64,000 bases of DNA from Bacilli bacterium (GCA_022647725.1 JALCLG010000001.1:709-64708), one strand, 5' to 3'; positions 25,474 through 35,608 are shown, counted from the stretch's first letter. Notes: generated by a model from the letters alone, not told the origin. Numbers and translations are program-made.

Positions 25474-26948
25474 ATGGAGAACATTCCGGAAGTCAAATTA
25501 GGGATTGTCGCTGTCAGCCGTTCCTGCTTCCCGGCTTCGCTGTCTGAGAAAAGAAGAGAAGCCATCGTAGCTGCCTATGGCAAGGGTCTTTATGATTCGA
25601 AGGTCATCGTCGAGAATGAGCTGGATGTCCTGAAAGCCATCGCGGATGTCAAGAAGGCCGGGGTCAACGCCCTGGTGGTCTTCTTAGGCAACTTCGGTCC
25701 GGAGACCCCAGAGACGATCATCGCCGACAAGTGGGATGGTCCGATCATGTACTGTGCTTCCGCCGAAGGTGACGGCAATCTGATGAATGGCCGGGGCGAT
25801 GCCTATTGCGGCATGCTGAACTGCTCCTATAACTTAGGCTTACGCCATAAGAAGGCCTATATTCCGGAGAATCCGGTCGGCACCGCTGAGGAATTGGCAG
25901 AGGAGATCAGAAGTTCATCCCGATTTCCCGCACCTTGCTAGGGTTAGCCGGTCTGAAGATCATCGCTTTCGGTCCGCGTCCGGATGATTTCCTTGCCTGC
26001 AACGCGCCGATCAAGGCGCTTTACGATTTAGGCGTCGCGGTGGAGGAGAACTCGGAGCTGGATTTACTGGTCTCCTATAATCATCACGCCGACGACAAGC
26101 GAATTCCGGCCAAGATCGAGGAGATGAAGAAAGAGCTCGGCAACAAGAACCCTTATGAAGGCATCCTGCCGCGTTTGGCCCAGTATGAGCTGACGCTTCT
26201 CGATTGGGCCGAGGCTCATAAAGGCACCAGCAAATACGTGGCTTTTGCCAACAAATGCTGGCCGGCCTTCCAGACCGAATTCAAGTTCGTTCCTTGCTAT
26301 GTCAATTCCCGGCTGGCAGGCATGGGCATTCCGGTCTCCTGCGAAGTCGATATCTATGGTGCCTTATCCGAATACATCGGACTCTGTGCTTCCAATGAGA
26401 CCCCGACGCTCTTGGATATCAACAACACCGTCCCGCAGTCCATCTATGACCAAGAGATCAAAGGCAAGTACGATTACCGTCTGCATGAGACCTTCATGGG
26501 CTTCCACTGCGGCAATACCTGCTCCTCGCTCTTATGCAACCCGCATATGGGCTATCAGCTCATTATGAAGCGGCAGCTGGAACCGGATAAGAAAGAACCG
26601 GATATCACCCGCGGCACGATGGAAGGAAACATCAAGCCGGGCGAAATCACCTTCTTCCGTCTGCAGTCGACGGCCGGGACGGAGCTGAAAGCCTATGTCG
26701 CCGAAGGTGAGGTACTGGATGCCGACTGCCATTCCTTTGGCTCGATTGGCATCTTTGCCATCAAAGACATGGACCGTTTCTACCGTCATGTGCTGATCCA
26801 GAAGAACTTCCCGCACCATGGTGCGGTGGCCTTCGGTCATCACGGCCAGGCTCTCTATGATGTCTTCAAGTATCTTGGCATCGGCGATATCTCGTATAAC
26901 CAGCCCTCTTCGCTTCCCTATCCGGACGAGAATCCGTTCAAGGACTGA
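25474..26948 (+). pseudogene. L-fucose/L-arabinose isomerase family protein split by a 1-nt deletion near 25911-25912
   Basis: ORF 25474-25941 reads ..AEEIRSSSRFPAPC*. Shifting by one nt gives ..EEIRKFIPISRTLLGLAGLKIIAFGPRP, which continues into ORF 25935-26948. Total length is 3n+2. Confidence 0.75.
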
Positions 26949-26967
26949 TCCAGCCTAAGACGAACCA

Positions 26968-27010
26968 AGGGGCTGTCCCGCTTTTAAAAAAGGGGGACGG
27001 CCCCTTTTTA
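26968..27010 (+). terminator. Intrinsic terminator
   Basis: GGGGCTGTCCC / GGGACGGCCCC stem followed by TTTTTATT. Confidence 0.6.
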
Positions 27011-27357
27011 TTACCTTTATTCATAAGAGAAAAGAAGCAACATAATTAATATCTGAATTTGCTCAAAGTTCTTGTATTATATCAAATCGCTCTCTCGTTT
27101 TTCTACATTATTAAGTTGCAAATGCGGAATTTTGCTTTTTTGTTTTCAGAGGCAAAAAATGTTTGACAATCCGTTCATCAGCAATGGGTGTCCCTAAAAG
27201 GGAGAATCCGGCAATAGGGAAAAATCGCTGAAAAGAGAGTTTCTTTTTCTTCGGCTTTCCTGTTTCCTCTGATGTACCGTGCTACACGAAAAAGTATTTT
27301 TACGGAATAAGAGCCGTGCTTTTTGGTATACTAGTGTCAATGAGAGGAGCGCCGTCG

Positions 27358-27891
27358 ATGAGGAAAAAGTTGTATCGGACAGCCGTCCCTTTTGCTCTTA
27401 GTGTGGTCCTGCTTTCCAGCTGTGTTCCTTTTATTTACGATGATGACGACAGTGTCGCCAGCGGCAAGATCGATGCTTTTCTGACGGCCATTGAAAAAGG
27501 AGATACGACGAGTGTCAAAGTCACCTTTGCTCCCGGTACCGTTGCCACCTTGACGGATTTTGATCAGCAGGTCAGTAATCTGATTGCTTATTACCAAGGC
27601 GAGCATTCCCGTCGTCTGACTCTGACCGTCGGATCCCATGAGCGGCTTGAATACGGAAAGCATGCCAAAGTCGTCCTGATCAGCACGGATCTATTGACGA
27701 CCAAGGAGCCTTTCCGCTGTGCCTATACCTGGTGCTGGCAGGATGATTTCGACAGCCAGAACGTCGGCATCAGCTTCTTTGCCATCATCCGTTACTACGA
27801 GGACATCGAAAGGGACTATGCCTATTGGGGCGGAACGGACAAGACGCCCGGAATCCATCTCGGAGAGAAATCTCCGACCCATGAGGATTAA
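27358..27891 (+). CDS. Small lipoprotein, paralog 1 (DUF5104-like)
   Basis: GAGGAG RBS. The signal with lipobox reads FALSVVLLSSC. It resembles the next two genes (..IDAFLTAIEKGD.., ..YRF/FRC..W..). Confidence 0.7.
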   Translation: MRKKLYRTAVPFALSVVLLSSCVPFIYDDDDSVASGKIDAFLTAIEKGDTTSVKVTFAPGTVATLTDFDQQVSNLIAYYQGEHSRRLTLTVGSHERLEYGKHAKVVLISTDLLTTKEPFRCAYTWCWQDDFDSQNVGISFFAIIRYYEDIERDYAYWGGTDKTPGIHLGEKSPTHED

Positions 27892-27895
27892 TACT

Positions 27896-28426
27896 ATGAA
27901 AACATCACGGATTCTGGGCTTGGCCCTGATTCTTGTCTCTCTTTCGCTCACGAGCTGCAATCTCATCGCAGAGAAAGCCGAATACGATCACGGCTTAGAA
28001 GCCACCAACCTTCTCAAGGGCCTGATTGCGGCGTTGGACAAGGATGACCTTGCCGCCACCCGCTCGTGTTTCTCCGCGGCGGAAGGACAGCAACAGACCG
28101 GTTTTGAGGAAAAGCTGAGTCAGCTCTTGTCCTACTATGACGGAGCCCAGGAGGAGTGGATCCGGGAAACCGTTTATTCCACCGTCAAAGAGGATGGCAA
28201 GAAGGCCACCTTCTACGATTCCAGCGTGGATCTGCTGACCGACAAGGATGTCTACCGTTTTGCTGCCCGCTGGTGCGTCCAAAGCGACAAAGGGACTGCT
28301 TCCGTAGGCATCCGATCCTTTGCCATCCTGAAATATTACGATGATCCCAACTGCAAAGCTCGCTATTGGGGTGACGGGCTTTGGGAGCCAGGCATTCAGA
28401 TTGCCTTAGCCAACAGCAAGAAATAA
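27896..28426 (+). CDS. Small lipoprotein, paralog 2 (DUF5104-like)
   Basis: The signal with lipobox reads LGLALILVSLSLTSC. The gene starts 5 nt after paralog 1. Confidence 0.7.
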   Translation: MKTSRILGLALILVSLSLTSCNLIAEKAEYDHGLEATNLLKGLIAALDKDDLAATRSCFSAAEGQQQTGFEEKLSQLLSYYDGAQEEWIRETVYSTVKEDGKKATFYDSSVDLLTDKDVYRFAARWCVQSDKGTASVGIRSFAILKYYDDPNCKARYWGDGLWEPGIQIALANSKK

Positions 28427-28457
28427 AGAGTCTCGGGGGAAGACAAAAATACCTACC

Positions 28458-29034
28458 ATGGAAAAGCATATCAAACGAAAATCCTTGCTTTTTTTCCTTG
28501 GCTCTCGCTCTTTCCGGCTGCTCTCTTCTGGCACCGGGTCTTTCGTATGACGACCATGAGACCTGCGACAGACTGATGACGAACCTGACCCAGCTGCTGA
28601 CAAAAAAAGACAAGGCAGGACTCACGAAGCTTTTTGCTCCGCGTCTGAAGAAGAACATCGCCACCTTTGATACCGATATGGATAGCCTGATGAATTATTA
28701 TATCGGTGACTTCGGTGACCTGGTCGGGCGGGTGGATACCAGTGATTACTCGAACTACGACTATGCCGAAAAGTATATGTATATGCAATATACTGTCATC
28801 ACCAGCCTGGATACCTACCGCTTTTCCCTGTTGTATACCACCAAGGACAGCCGAAGTGAGGATAACATCGGCATCCATTTTCTTTATGTGCTAAAGAAAT
28901 CCGAAGATCCCTATCCCAATGATGTTTATGTCGGGAGCCTGACCTCGGAGAGTGATGTCATCTTTGTCGCCTTCCCGCATGAACTGCCTAAAGACGCCTC
29001 CGACAGCACCTCTTCTACGGAAAGTGCGTCCTAA
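28458..29034 (+). pseudogene. Small lipoprotein, paralog 3, frame broken inside a T7 run (28489-28495) in the signal-peptide region
   Basis: The ATG frame gives MEKHIKRKSLLFF.. then stops. The lipobox LALALSGC and the rest of the protein are in the ORF 28381-29034 frame. Removing one T joins them, and the length is 3n+1. Confidence 0.6.
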
Positions 29035-29042
29035 CCGGTGTT

Positions 29043-30350
29043 TTATTTCTGTAAATTCCTGAGAATCCGATAGCCGTTAAGCAGATAAGCGGTGATGGCT
29101 TTTTCGTCGACGGCAATCGGAGCGACCTGGAAAAGAGAATGGAGCAGAGACCCCGTCAGCTTAGGCCAGGTCATTTTCCGATAGAGGGCTTGGGCTTTTC
29201 TGTCTTGGCTTAAGAGCGTCCGGAAGAAGGAAATCAGACCATCCTGCCGGCGGGTGATGTCTTGCGGATAGCCACGGGAAATGAGTGAGGCGTTGTTATC
29301 GAAGTTGGGGGCCAAGGAAATCAGATGCCCGTCCTCACGGCTCCGTAAGAGTCCGAAGTTCTCGTTGTGCCGGTCGGAGTTACCCACTAAGGTATCCATC
29401 CAGATCAGCCGGAGATAGTCTTCGGCAAAGCTGGGATTAAGAGACCAGAGGGTTTCAAAGCAGAGCTGATAATCGTCGTTGTCCCCGGTTAAGGAAGACA
29501 TCGGCTCAAAATCCACATTCTGAGCGAAATTCAAAGAACGGATCGTTTCGTCCTCCAGGACGTAGTCAGCCATCGGAAAACGGAAGGCTTTCCCCAGAAG
29601 CGAGACAAAGTATTCCGAAAAAAGCTCTTCCTTCGTTCCGTTTTTGATAATCCACCACTGATGATCGATTACTTTCCAGCACTTCTCATAGCTGCCGATC
29701 AAACTGAGCTGAGGAGACGAGACGCGGTGTTTCTTGGCCACCTTGAAAACCTTTCCGGTCAACGCAGTTGTGGCCAGAAAATCGCTTTGAAAGGCAATAT
29801 CCTGATAGTGCTTTTTGGAGCCTCGAGGCTTAAACCAGAAAGCATCGGTAAGGGTGGCCCCATAGGAATAAAGGGCAATCAGCGCAGGATCCGTTTCCTG
29901 GAGAGCCATTGCCTTCTTCAGGATACTGGAATTCCGGCGTTCCGGGTCGATGACCCGGCCGGCTAAGAAGCCTTCTATCCGCTGGGTTCTCTTTACAAGA
30001 AGAGGAGCTCTCTTTTCATCCAGCCAGAAGCAGACCCCTTTATTGAAAGCGGCAACCTGGGTATCCTTTTCCATCAGAAATCCGGTGAGTTCCCGGGCAT
30101 TCTTCGGTAAAGCAAAGAGAGCCTTCGGCAAGGTCCTTTCCGCTTTCCGTAGCTGCTTTTCTACCTCTTGGCGGTGACGGATCTGCTGTTCGGTCTGGGC
30201 CTTGTCAGCCTGGGAGACATACTGGCTGACGAGACGATTCAACTGACGCCACTGCAAATAGAACCGGGTCCTCCCCTGGATGGTTTTCTTAACGATGGTT
30301 CCTTTCGGCAACGTGCTTAATTCGGAATAAAGATCATCGAGGTTTACCAT
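29043..30350 (-). CDS. HipA-like serine/threonine kinase domain protein (solitary)
   Basis: The C-terminal motif is DTLVGNSDRHNENFGLL...LAPNFDNN (HipA_C catalytic loop). The start was chosen at MVNLDD.., immediately downstream of a TTGAAT-18-TATAAT promoter. Confidence 0.7.
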   Translation of the reverse strand: MVNLDDLYSELSTLPKGTIVKKTIQGRTRFYLQWRQLNRLVSQYVSQADKAQTEQQIRHRQEVEKQLRKAERTLPKALFALPKNARELTGFLMEKDTQVAAFNKGVCFWLDEKRAPLLVKRTQRIEGFLAGRVIDPERRNSSILKKAMALQETDPALIALYSYGATLTDAFWFKPRGSKKHYQDIAFQSDFLATTALTGKVFKVAKKHRVSSPQLSLIGSYEKCWKVIDHQWWIIKNGTKEELFSEYFVSLLGKAFRFPMADYVLEDETIRSLNFAQNVDFEPMSSLTGDNDDYQLCFETLWSLNPSFAEDYLRLIWMDTLVGNSDRHNENFGLLRSREDGHLISLAPNFDNNASLISRGYPQDITRRQDGLISFFRTLLSQDRKAQALYRKMTWPKLTGSLLHSLFQVAPIAVDEKAITAYLLNGYRILRNLQK

Positions 30351-30356
30351 ATTCGG

Positions 30357-30386
30357 ATTATAGCAAAATGTAGACCTACAATTCAA
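30357..30386 (-). promoter_or_regulatory. Sigma-A promoter (TTGAAT, 18 nt spacer, TATAAT) ending 6 nt before the ATG at 30350, possibly a leaderless transcript
   Basis: On the + strand the hexamers read attata (30357-30362) and attcaa (30381-30386). Confidence 0.4.
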
Positions 30387-30498
30387 TGTGTGTTGATGCA
30401 TTTGGAATCTGTCTTTGTTTCTTCAGACCAAATCTTTCTTTTCCCTTTCCGTTCTTTTTCTGTTCCGACAAGTCTAGAATAAAAGTGAGGTAAGAACC

Positions 30499-30939
30499 AT
30501 GATCAGCAAAGATGAGAGCTGTGCCTATTGCATGAAGGATGACAATCCTAGCCTGTATCAGGCTTTCGGCTATTATGTCTGTGACTTAGCTGTCTCCACC
30601 TTATATCTTTTCAAGGAGCAGTCCCATCCGGGCCGGGTGATTGTCGCTTACAAGGACCATGTCTCGGAAATGACTGAGCTGAGCCCCGCAGAACGGGCGG
30701 CTTTCATTGAGGATGTCAACCGGGTCTCTTTGGCCATCCATAAGCTGTTCAATCCGGATAAGGTGAACTATGGCTTCTATGACGATACCGGTCACCATCT
30801 CCACTGCCATCTCTGTCCGAAACACAAAGACCAGTTTGAGTGGGGCGGTGTCTTCCTGATGAATCCGAAGCAGAAGTTTGCTACCGATGAGAAGATGGAA
30901 GACATGGCTAAGAAGTTCCGGGATGAACTGAAGAAATAA
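30499..30939 (+). CDS. HIT family protein
   Basis: The histidine triad reads GHHLHCHLCPK. Confidence 0.8.
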   Translation: MISKDESCAYCMKDDNPSLYQAFGYYVCDLAVSTLYLFKEQSHPGRVIVAYKDHVSEMTELSPAERAAFIEDVNRVSLAIHKLFNPDKVNYGFYDDTGHHLHCHLCPKHKDQFEWGGVFLMNPKQKFATDEKMEDMAKKFRDELKK

Positions 30940-31043
30940 GTAACAGTTTCTTTGCCGATTGGTAAGGATAAACTTTCTCAGCGCCGTGTTCTTGAATCAG
31001 CTTTGCACCTGGATGCTAAAATAGATGTTAGCTGGTTTTAACC

Positions 31044-32471
31044 ATGAAACAGGAAACAGCCGAGCAGGTTCAGAAACGGCACGATCGAGAGCAGAAAGAG
31101 CTGGTCCGCCGGAAGAAAGATCTAGCCAAGCCGCTTCCGAAACTCTACCTCTACTATCTTTTCATGGTGGTCTCCTTAGCCTATATCACCGATGAAGTGG
31201 CTTCCAACATCACCTATCAGTTCCAGTCCAACATCATCAACGATTTCTTTGTCACCAACATGTCAATGAAATACGGTTCCGGTCTTTCCCTGTATCAGAT
31301 GATCTCCGCCCTCGCCTCTTTGCCGCTGCTGCTAGTGATTCTTTATAAGCCGTTAGCGGACCGATTAGGTTGGAAACCTTTCCTAGTCTTCAATACCTTC
31401 ATGATGGCCATCGATCTTTTCATCATCTACCTTTCCAAGGATATCGTCGTCTTCATGATCGGTTCCACCTTGATTACCTTCTTCGTGACCCATGATGTCC
31501 ATGTCATTTACATTCTGGAAACAGCACCGGAAAAGAAACGGGCCATCATCTACTCCCTCTCGAAGGGAATTGCGGTCTTAGGAACTCTGATGGTGCCCTT
31601 ATTCCGTCAGCTGCTGATGGCTGACGATTCCAGCAAGTGGCATCTGGTTTTCCTCGTTCCTGCCATCTTCGGCTTCGCTGTCTCTTTGTTGGCTCTTTTG
31701 ACTGCACGTAAGAGCACGACGTCTCTTCATCATCGGATTGCTTACCTTGAAAAGAGCGATGACCAACGTCAGAAAGAGGCTGTTCTGGATAAGGAAAAGA
31801 ACTCCCAGGGAGGCATCAAAGCCGGACTGGTCTTCTCCTTCAAGCATCGGCAGTTACGCAATCTAATGATCGTCTGTTTCTTTTTCCTCATTCCTTCGGT
31901 GGCGACATCCACCTATCAGACGGTCATGGTGAAAAGTGCCCTGATGAGTGAGGAGCAGATCACTCAGGCCCTTTATCTTTATCCGGTCGGCAATGCCATC
32001 TTCACCGTCCTGATGGGTTTCATCAGCGACCGCTGGGGACGGAAGTCGTCGGCTTTGACGATGACGGCCGTCGCCATCGTCTCCTATGCCCTCTTCTTTA
32101 CCGGAACAATGGTATCCTTCCCGCCGATGTTGATGGGTTTCTGTGCCGGAGCCTTTGTCGGTGCCTACTGGTCAGCCGGTGATACCATTGATTCCATCAT
32201 GATCGGGGAGAGTGCTCCGACCAATCTCCGCAGCTCCTGTGCCACGGTGGAGGCGATGATCTTCTTTGTCGGAGGACTGATCGGTCAGGGGATCGTGATG
32301 GTCTGTCAGATCTTTGTTCCGGAAAAATACCTCGGTCTTCTTTATCTCCTTTTGGTCATGCCGGCGATGATCACTGCTTTGATTCTTCTGTGGAAAAATG
32401 TCGGCGAGACCAAAGGCATCGATCTGGACCATGTGACAGGGGAAGAGTGGGACCGGTCGAAACCGAAATGA
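31044..32471 (+). CDS. MFS transporter
   Basis: About 12 hydrophobic segments with a central loop, plus MFS-like DRLGWKP / SDRWGRK motifs. Confidence 0.8.
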   Translation: MKQETAEQVQKRHDREQKELVRRKKDLAKPLPKLYLYYLFMVVSLAYITDEVASNITYQFQSNIINDFFVTNMSMKYGSGLSLYQMISALASLPLLLVILYKPLADRLGWKPFLVFNTFMMAIDLFIIYLSKDIVVFMIGSTLITFFVTHDVHVIYILETAPEKKRAIIYSLSKGIAVLGTLMVPLFRQLLMADDSSKWHLVFLVPAIFGFAVSLLALLTARKSTTSLHHRIAYLEKSDDQRQKEAVLDKEKNSQGGIKAGLVFSFKHRQLRNLMIVCFFFLIPSVATSTYQTVMVKSALMSEEQITQALYLYPVGNAIFTVLMGFISDRWGRKSSALTMTAVAIVSYALFFTGTMVSFPPMLMGFCAGAFVGAYWSAGDTIDSIMIGESAPTNLRSSCATVEAMIFFVGGLIGQGIVMVCQIFVPEKYLGLLYLLLVMPAMITALILLWKNVGETKGIDLDHVTGEEWDRSKPK

Positions 32472-32644
32472 TTTCTTCTGAAAAAGGCTTTTCATTTTTT
32501 TGAATTATTCGCATAAAGACAATAAATTAGCCCTAGCTAAAAAAAGAGTTTATTATTTGTAGTGTTGTTTATTAAATTTGAAAACCGAAATCATTCCAGC
32601 CAATTTATTCTGTCTATCCTGTTTTGATTTCAAAGGAGGCCCTT

Positions 32645-34429
32645 ATGGTCCATAACGTAAAGACAATACTCTTCTCGCTATCACTTCTTCTCGCTTCCTG
32701 CAGCCATCCTCAGTCCGTCCTGACCTCCGCTTCCGTGTCTCCGTCCGTTTCTCCGACTGCCTCAGCCTCGGCTTCTGCCTCGGAAAGCGTCTCCGTTTCC
32801 ACGAGGAAGCATCCGAAGAAAGAAGACTTCATCAACACCATTGAAACAAAGCTCCTTTCCTTAAGTCACTATGACCTGGATCAGTATTCCTACGATCAGG
32901 CCTTTGACAGCACCATGAAACCGATTGAAGGAAAATTCTCCATTGGCGTGCTCCATTCCAATGTCTCCCTCTATGGGGAAAAGCTTTACCATGCCAACTG
33001 CGAAGACCGGCTCTATGAGACCCCCGAAGATCTCTTAGCTCCCGAAGAAGGAAACTATACTGCCTTATCGTCCCATCAGTATTATCTGAAAGAGAATACC
33101 GATAATTTGACTTTCATCGATGACTCCCAGCAGCTGGAGGGCGGCCATACGATCGGCTATGCTATCGACAATAAAGACCTGATCCATGACTTTTCCTTCA
33201 TCAGTGACACCTTCAATAGTCTTCCTTCGAATCCGGTGGGTGCCTTGAAAGATGAGAAAGCCTATTTTGACTCCCTCGTCAGTGCCGATCCGGAGAACTA
33301 TGTCTATGATGCCACCGATCCTTATGTCTTAAAGGATATTGAGAAGACCGAAGACGGCTACTGGCGTTATGCTTTCTCCATTCATTTCAGCTCCTGCCAC
33401 TATGGAGATGAGTATTACATCAACCGCCGCTTTGATTACTTCATGGATATCGACAACAGCTTTGACTTGAAGGACTATGGCTATTCGGTGGAGATCCTGG
33501 ATCCGGTCTTTGATACCGATGGCACCACCGTGACCGGCTATGAACCCAGCGCCGCCAAGAAATATGTCTACTCCGATCTTTCCAACGCCACCTTGACCAC
33601 GTCGGGTCTGACCCTTCCGGATATCACCGTCACCGGCCAGAACACGGACGGCAATGACATCAATGCCGCCGGCATTCAGGTCAACTGTGAGCGGGCACCT
33701 CGTCAAAGCTATGATATGAGTGGTCTGACCGCCAGCGATCTGACCGACAGTGCTACCCTGACTAAGCTCAGTGCTGCCTTACCAAATTACCTTTCCGGTG
33801 TCACCTCTTCCACCATGACAGGTGTCTTAGCAGGTGGGGCTACCGGCGCCAGCTACAGTGAAACCATCACCAAGCAGCTCTATAAAGATGCTTTTATCAA
33901 GACGACTGGTCTTATCAAAGCTTCCCCGATTACGCAGACCACCGATGCTGAGACGGAAGCAACGACCTATACCTATGGTACGGAAGAGACCGCCAATTAT
34001 TCCTGGACCCTTAAAGAAACGGCCGAGACGATTACCACCACCCATTCGGAAGACGAGTCAACCATCTACAGCTTCATGGATCCGCTCAACGGCACCAGCC
34101 CTATGGCCACGTTCAAATATGACGGTGACTTCTGCATTCCCTGTTATCTGGCACAAAGTGCTGCGGATTATCTTGATCCGTCGATGCTGACCGGCAAGAT
34201 TTCCGGCCTGACCTTGGACAGTACGAAATGCCAGGTTCAGACGGATGGCAGTCTTCTGATTGTCGGAACCGATTATGCTTCCGATTTTGCCATCGCCGTC
34301 AAAGACAATCAGATTTCTAAAGTTGTGGAGACGCTGTTAGGTGCCAACTCCACCTGTTACGGCCCTGCGGCTGTCGTCACCAAAACCTACACACTGACAC
34401 GGGGCGAGATTACCGATTATCAGGCGTAG
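32645..34429 (+). CDS. Large surface lipoprotein, function unknown
   Basis: AAAGGAGG RBS. The signal with lipobox reads ILFSLSLLLASC, followed by an S/P/A-rich linker. Confidence 0.75.
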   Translation: MVHNVKTILFSLSLLLASCSHPQSVLTSASVSPSVSPTASASASASESVSVSTRKHPKKEDFINTIETKLLSLSHYDLDQYSYDQAFDSTMKPIEGKFSIGVLHSNVSLYGEKLYHANCEDRLYETPEDLLAPEEGNYTALSSHQYYLKENTDNLTFIDDSQQLEGGHTIGYAIDNKDLIHDFSFISDTFNSLPSNPVGALKDEKAYFDSLVSADPENYVYDATDPYVLKDIEKTEDGYWRYAFSIHFSSCHYGDEYYINRRFDYFMDIDNSFDLKDYGYSVEILDPVFDTDGTTVTGYEPSAAKKYVYSDLSNATLTTSGLTLPDITVTGQNTDGNDINAAGIQVNCERAPRQSYDMSGLTASDLTDSATLTKLSAALPNYLSGVTSSTMTGVLAGGATGASYSETITKQLYKDAFIKTTGLIKASPITQTTDAETEATTYTYGTEETANYSWTLKETAETITTTHSEDESTIYSFMDPLNGTSPMATFKYDGDFCIPCYLAQSAADYLDPSMLTGKISGLTLDSTKCQVQTDGSLLIVGTDYASDFAIAVKDNQISKVVETLLGANSTCYGPAAVVTKTYTLTRGEITDYQA

Positions 34430-34448
34430 TTCTGTTGTCACTAAAAAA

Positions 34449-34495
34449 GGGACTGTTACCGAACGTATCGTCCGGCGACGGTCCCCTTTTCTTTG
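34449..34495. terminator. Hairpin terminator between convergent genes
   Basis: AAAAAAGGGACTG ... CGGTCCCCTTTT. Confidence 0.5.
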
Positions 34496-34501
34496 CTCAA
34501 A

Positions 34502-35608
34502 TCAGTCCTTCCTCATCTTCCCCTTGAGGGAATGAACACGGATCGAACCGCCTTGCGTCTTCACCAAGGACTTAGCATAGGTGATGGCTTCTTCCTGGGT
34601 GTTAAAGAGCTTGATGGCTTTCTGACCGGTGGCTAGCTTGACCTGCCACTGGCCGCTGTCCTGCTTGGAGATGTGGTAGACCCGCGGACGGTTCATATAG
34701 TTGTTGGGATCACTCGACTGGGCCTGTTTTTCCTCTTCGGCTTCCTTGGCTTCCTCACTGGCTTCATCATCATCGGTATCTTCAATCACCGGAACATCGC
34801 TGTCGTTGGTGGGTTGAGCGGCAGATTCTTTCGTCTCCGTCGGTTTTTCTTCTTCCTTCTTAGCTGTTTCCGTCGGCTGTTCGTCTTTCTTCTCAGCTTC
34901 TACCGGTTTTTCATCCTTGTCAGCCGCCGTATCCTTGACAGCCTTGACGGCTTCCTTCTTAGCCACAAAGCCCTGGCAGAGAAGAATCAGGAAGCCCATC
35001 AGATAGGTTCCGGCCACCATGCCGACATAGGCAAGAACAGTCACATACCATGGATTCTGCGTCACAGCCATGAACGGATAGGGAGGCTCAACGGTCGAAT
35101 TCGGAAGAGCAACTAAGATTGTCACGATGACGCCATAAATCAGGACATAGATCAACGGATAAAGAGCCTGCAGCGGCTTCTTGTTCCAGCGCTCATCCTT
35201 TTCAAAGAGGGCAAAGGAGACAAAGGCCAGCACCGGATCGATGAAATGGACAAAGGCCATATGCGGGAAGCTCCACATCGCAAAGCCATCGGTATCGAAG
35301 TTGATCGGAATCAGATAGCAGGCCACTACCAAGAAAGTCAGCACTTCCGCCACGGTGGCGATGAACTTCAGCACGTTAGCGGCATGGGGAACTTTTCTGC
35401 CTTTCGCTAAGGCCAAAGCATCAAAGATGATCATGACCAAGGAAGCAGCCAGCAAGAGAATGTTGCTGTCCTCGGTGAAGAACTTGAAGAGGTTCAGACC
35501 GAAAGCCTCGGTTCCGATGCCAAAAAGAATGGCTATCAGCCCCCAAAGGGCACCTAAGAAGATAATCGTATTCAGAACCAGCGAAACAGCTAGCTTTCTT
35601 TTGGTCAT
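34502..35608 (-). CDS. Multi-TM membrane protein (Pr6Pr-like) fused through an acidic/Lys-rich linker to a C-terminal DUF2188-like domain
   Basis: Six or so TM segments are followed by a KE/D-rich linker. The tail is YHISKQDSGQWQVKLATGQKAIKLFNTQEEAITYAKSL. Confidence 0.7.
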   Translation of the reverse strand: MTKRKLAVSLVLNTIIFLGALWGLIAILFGIGTEAFGLNLFKFFTEDSNILLLAASLVMIIFDALALAKGRKVPHAANVLKFIATVAEVLTFLVVACYLIPINFDTDGFAMWSFPHMAFVHFIDPVLAFVSFALFEKDERWNKKPLQALYPLIYVLIYGVIVTILVALPNSTVEPPYPFMAVTQNPWYVTVLAYVGMVAGTYLMGFLILLCQGFVAKKEAVKAVKDTAADKDEKPVEAEKKDEQPTETAKKEEEKPTETKESAAQPTNDSDVPVIEDTDDDEASEEAKEAEEEKQAQSSDPNNYMNRPRVYHISKQDSGQWQVKLATGQKAIKLFNTQEEAITYAKSLVKTQGGSIRVHSLKGKMRKD

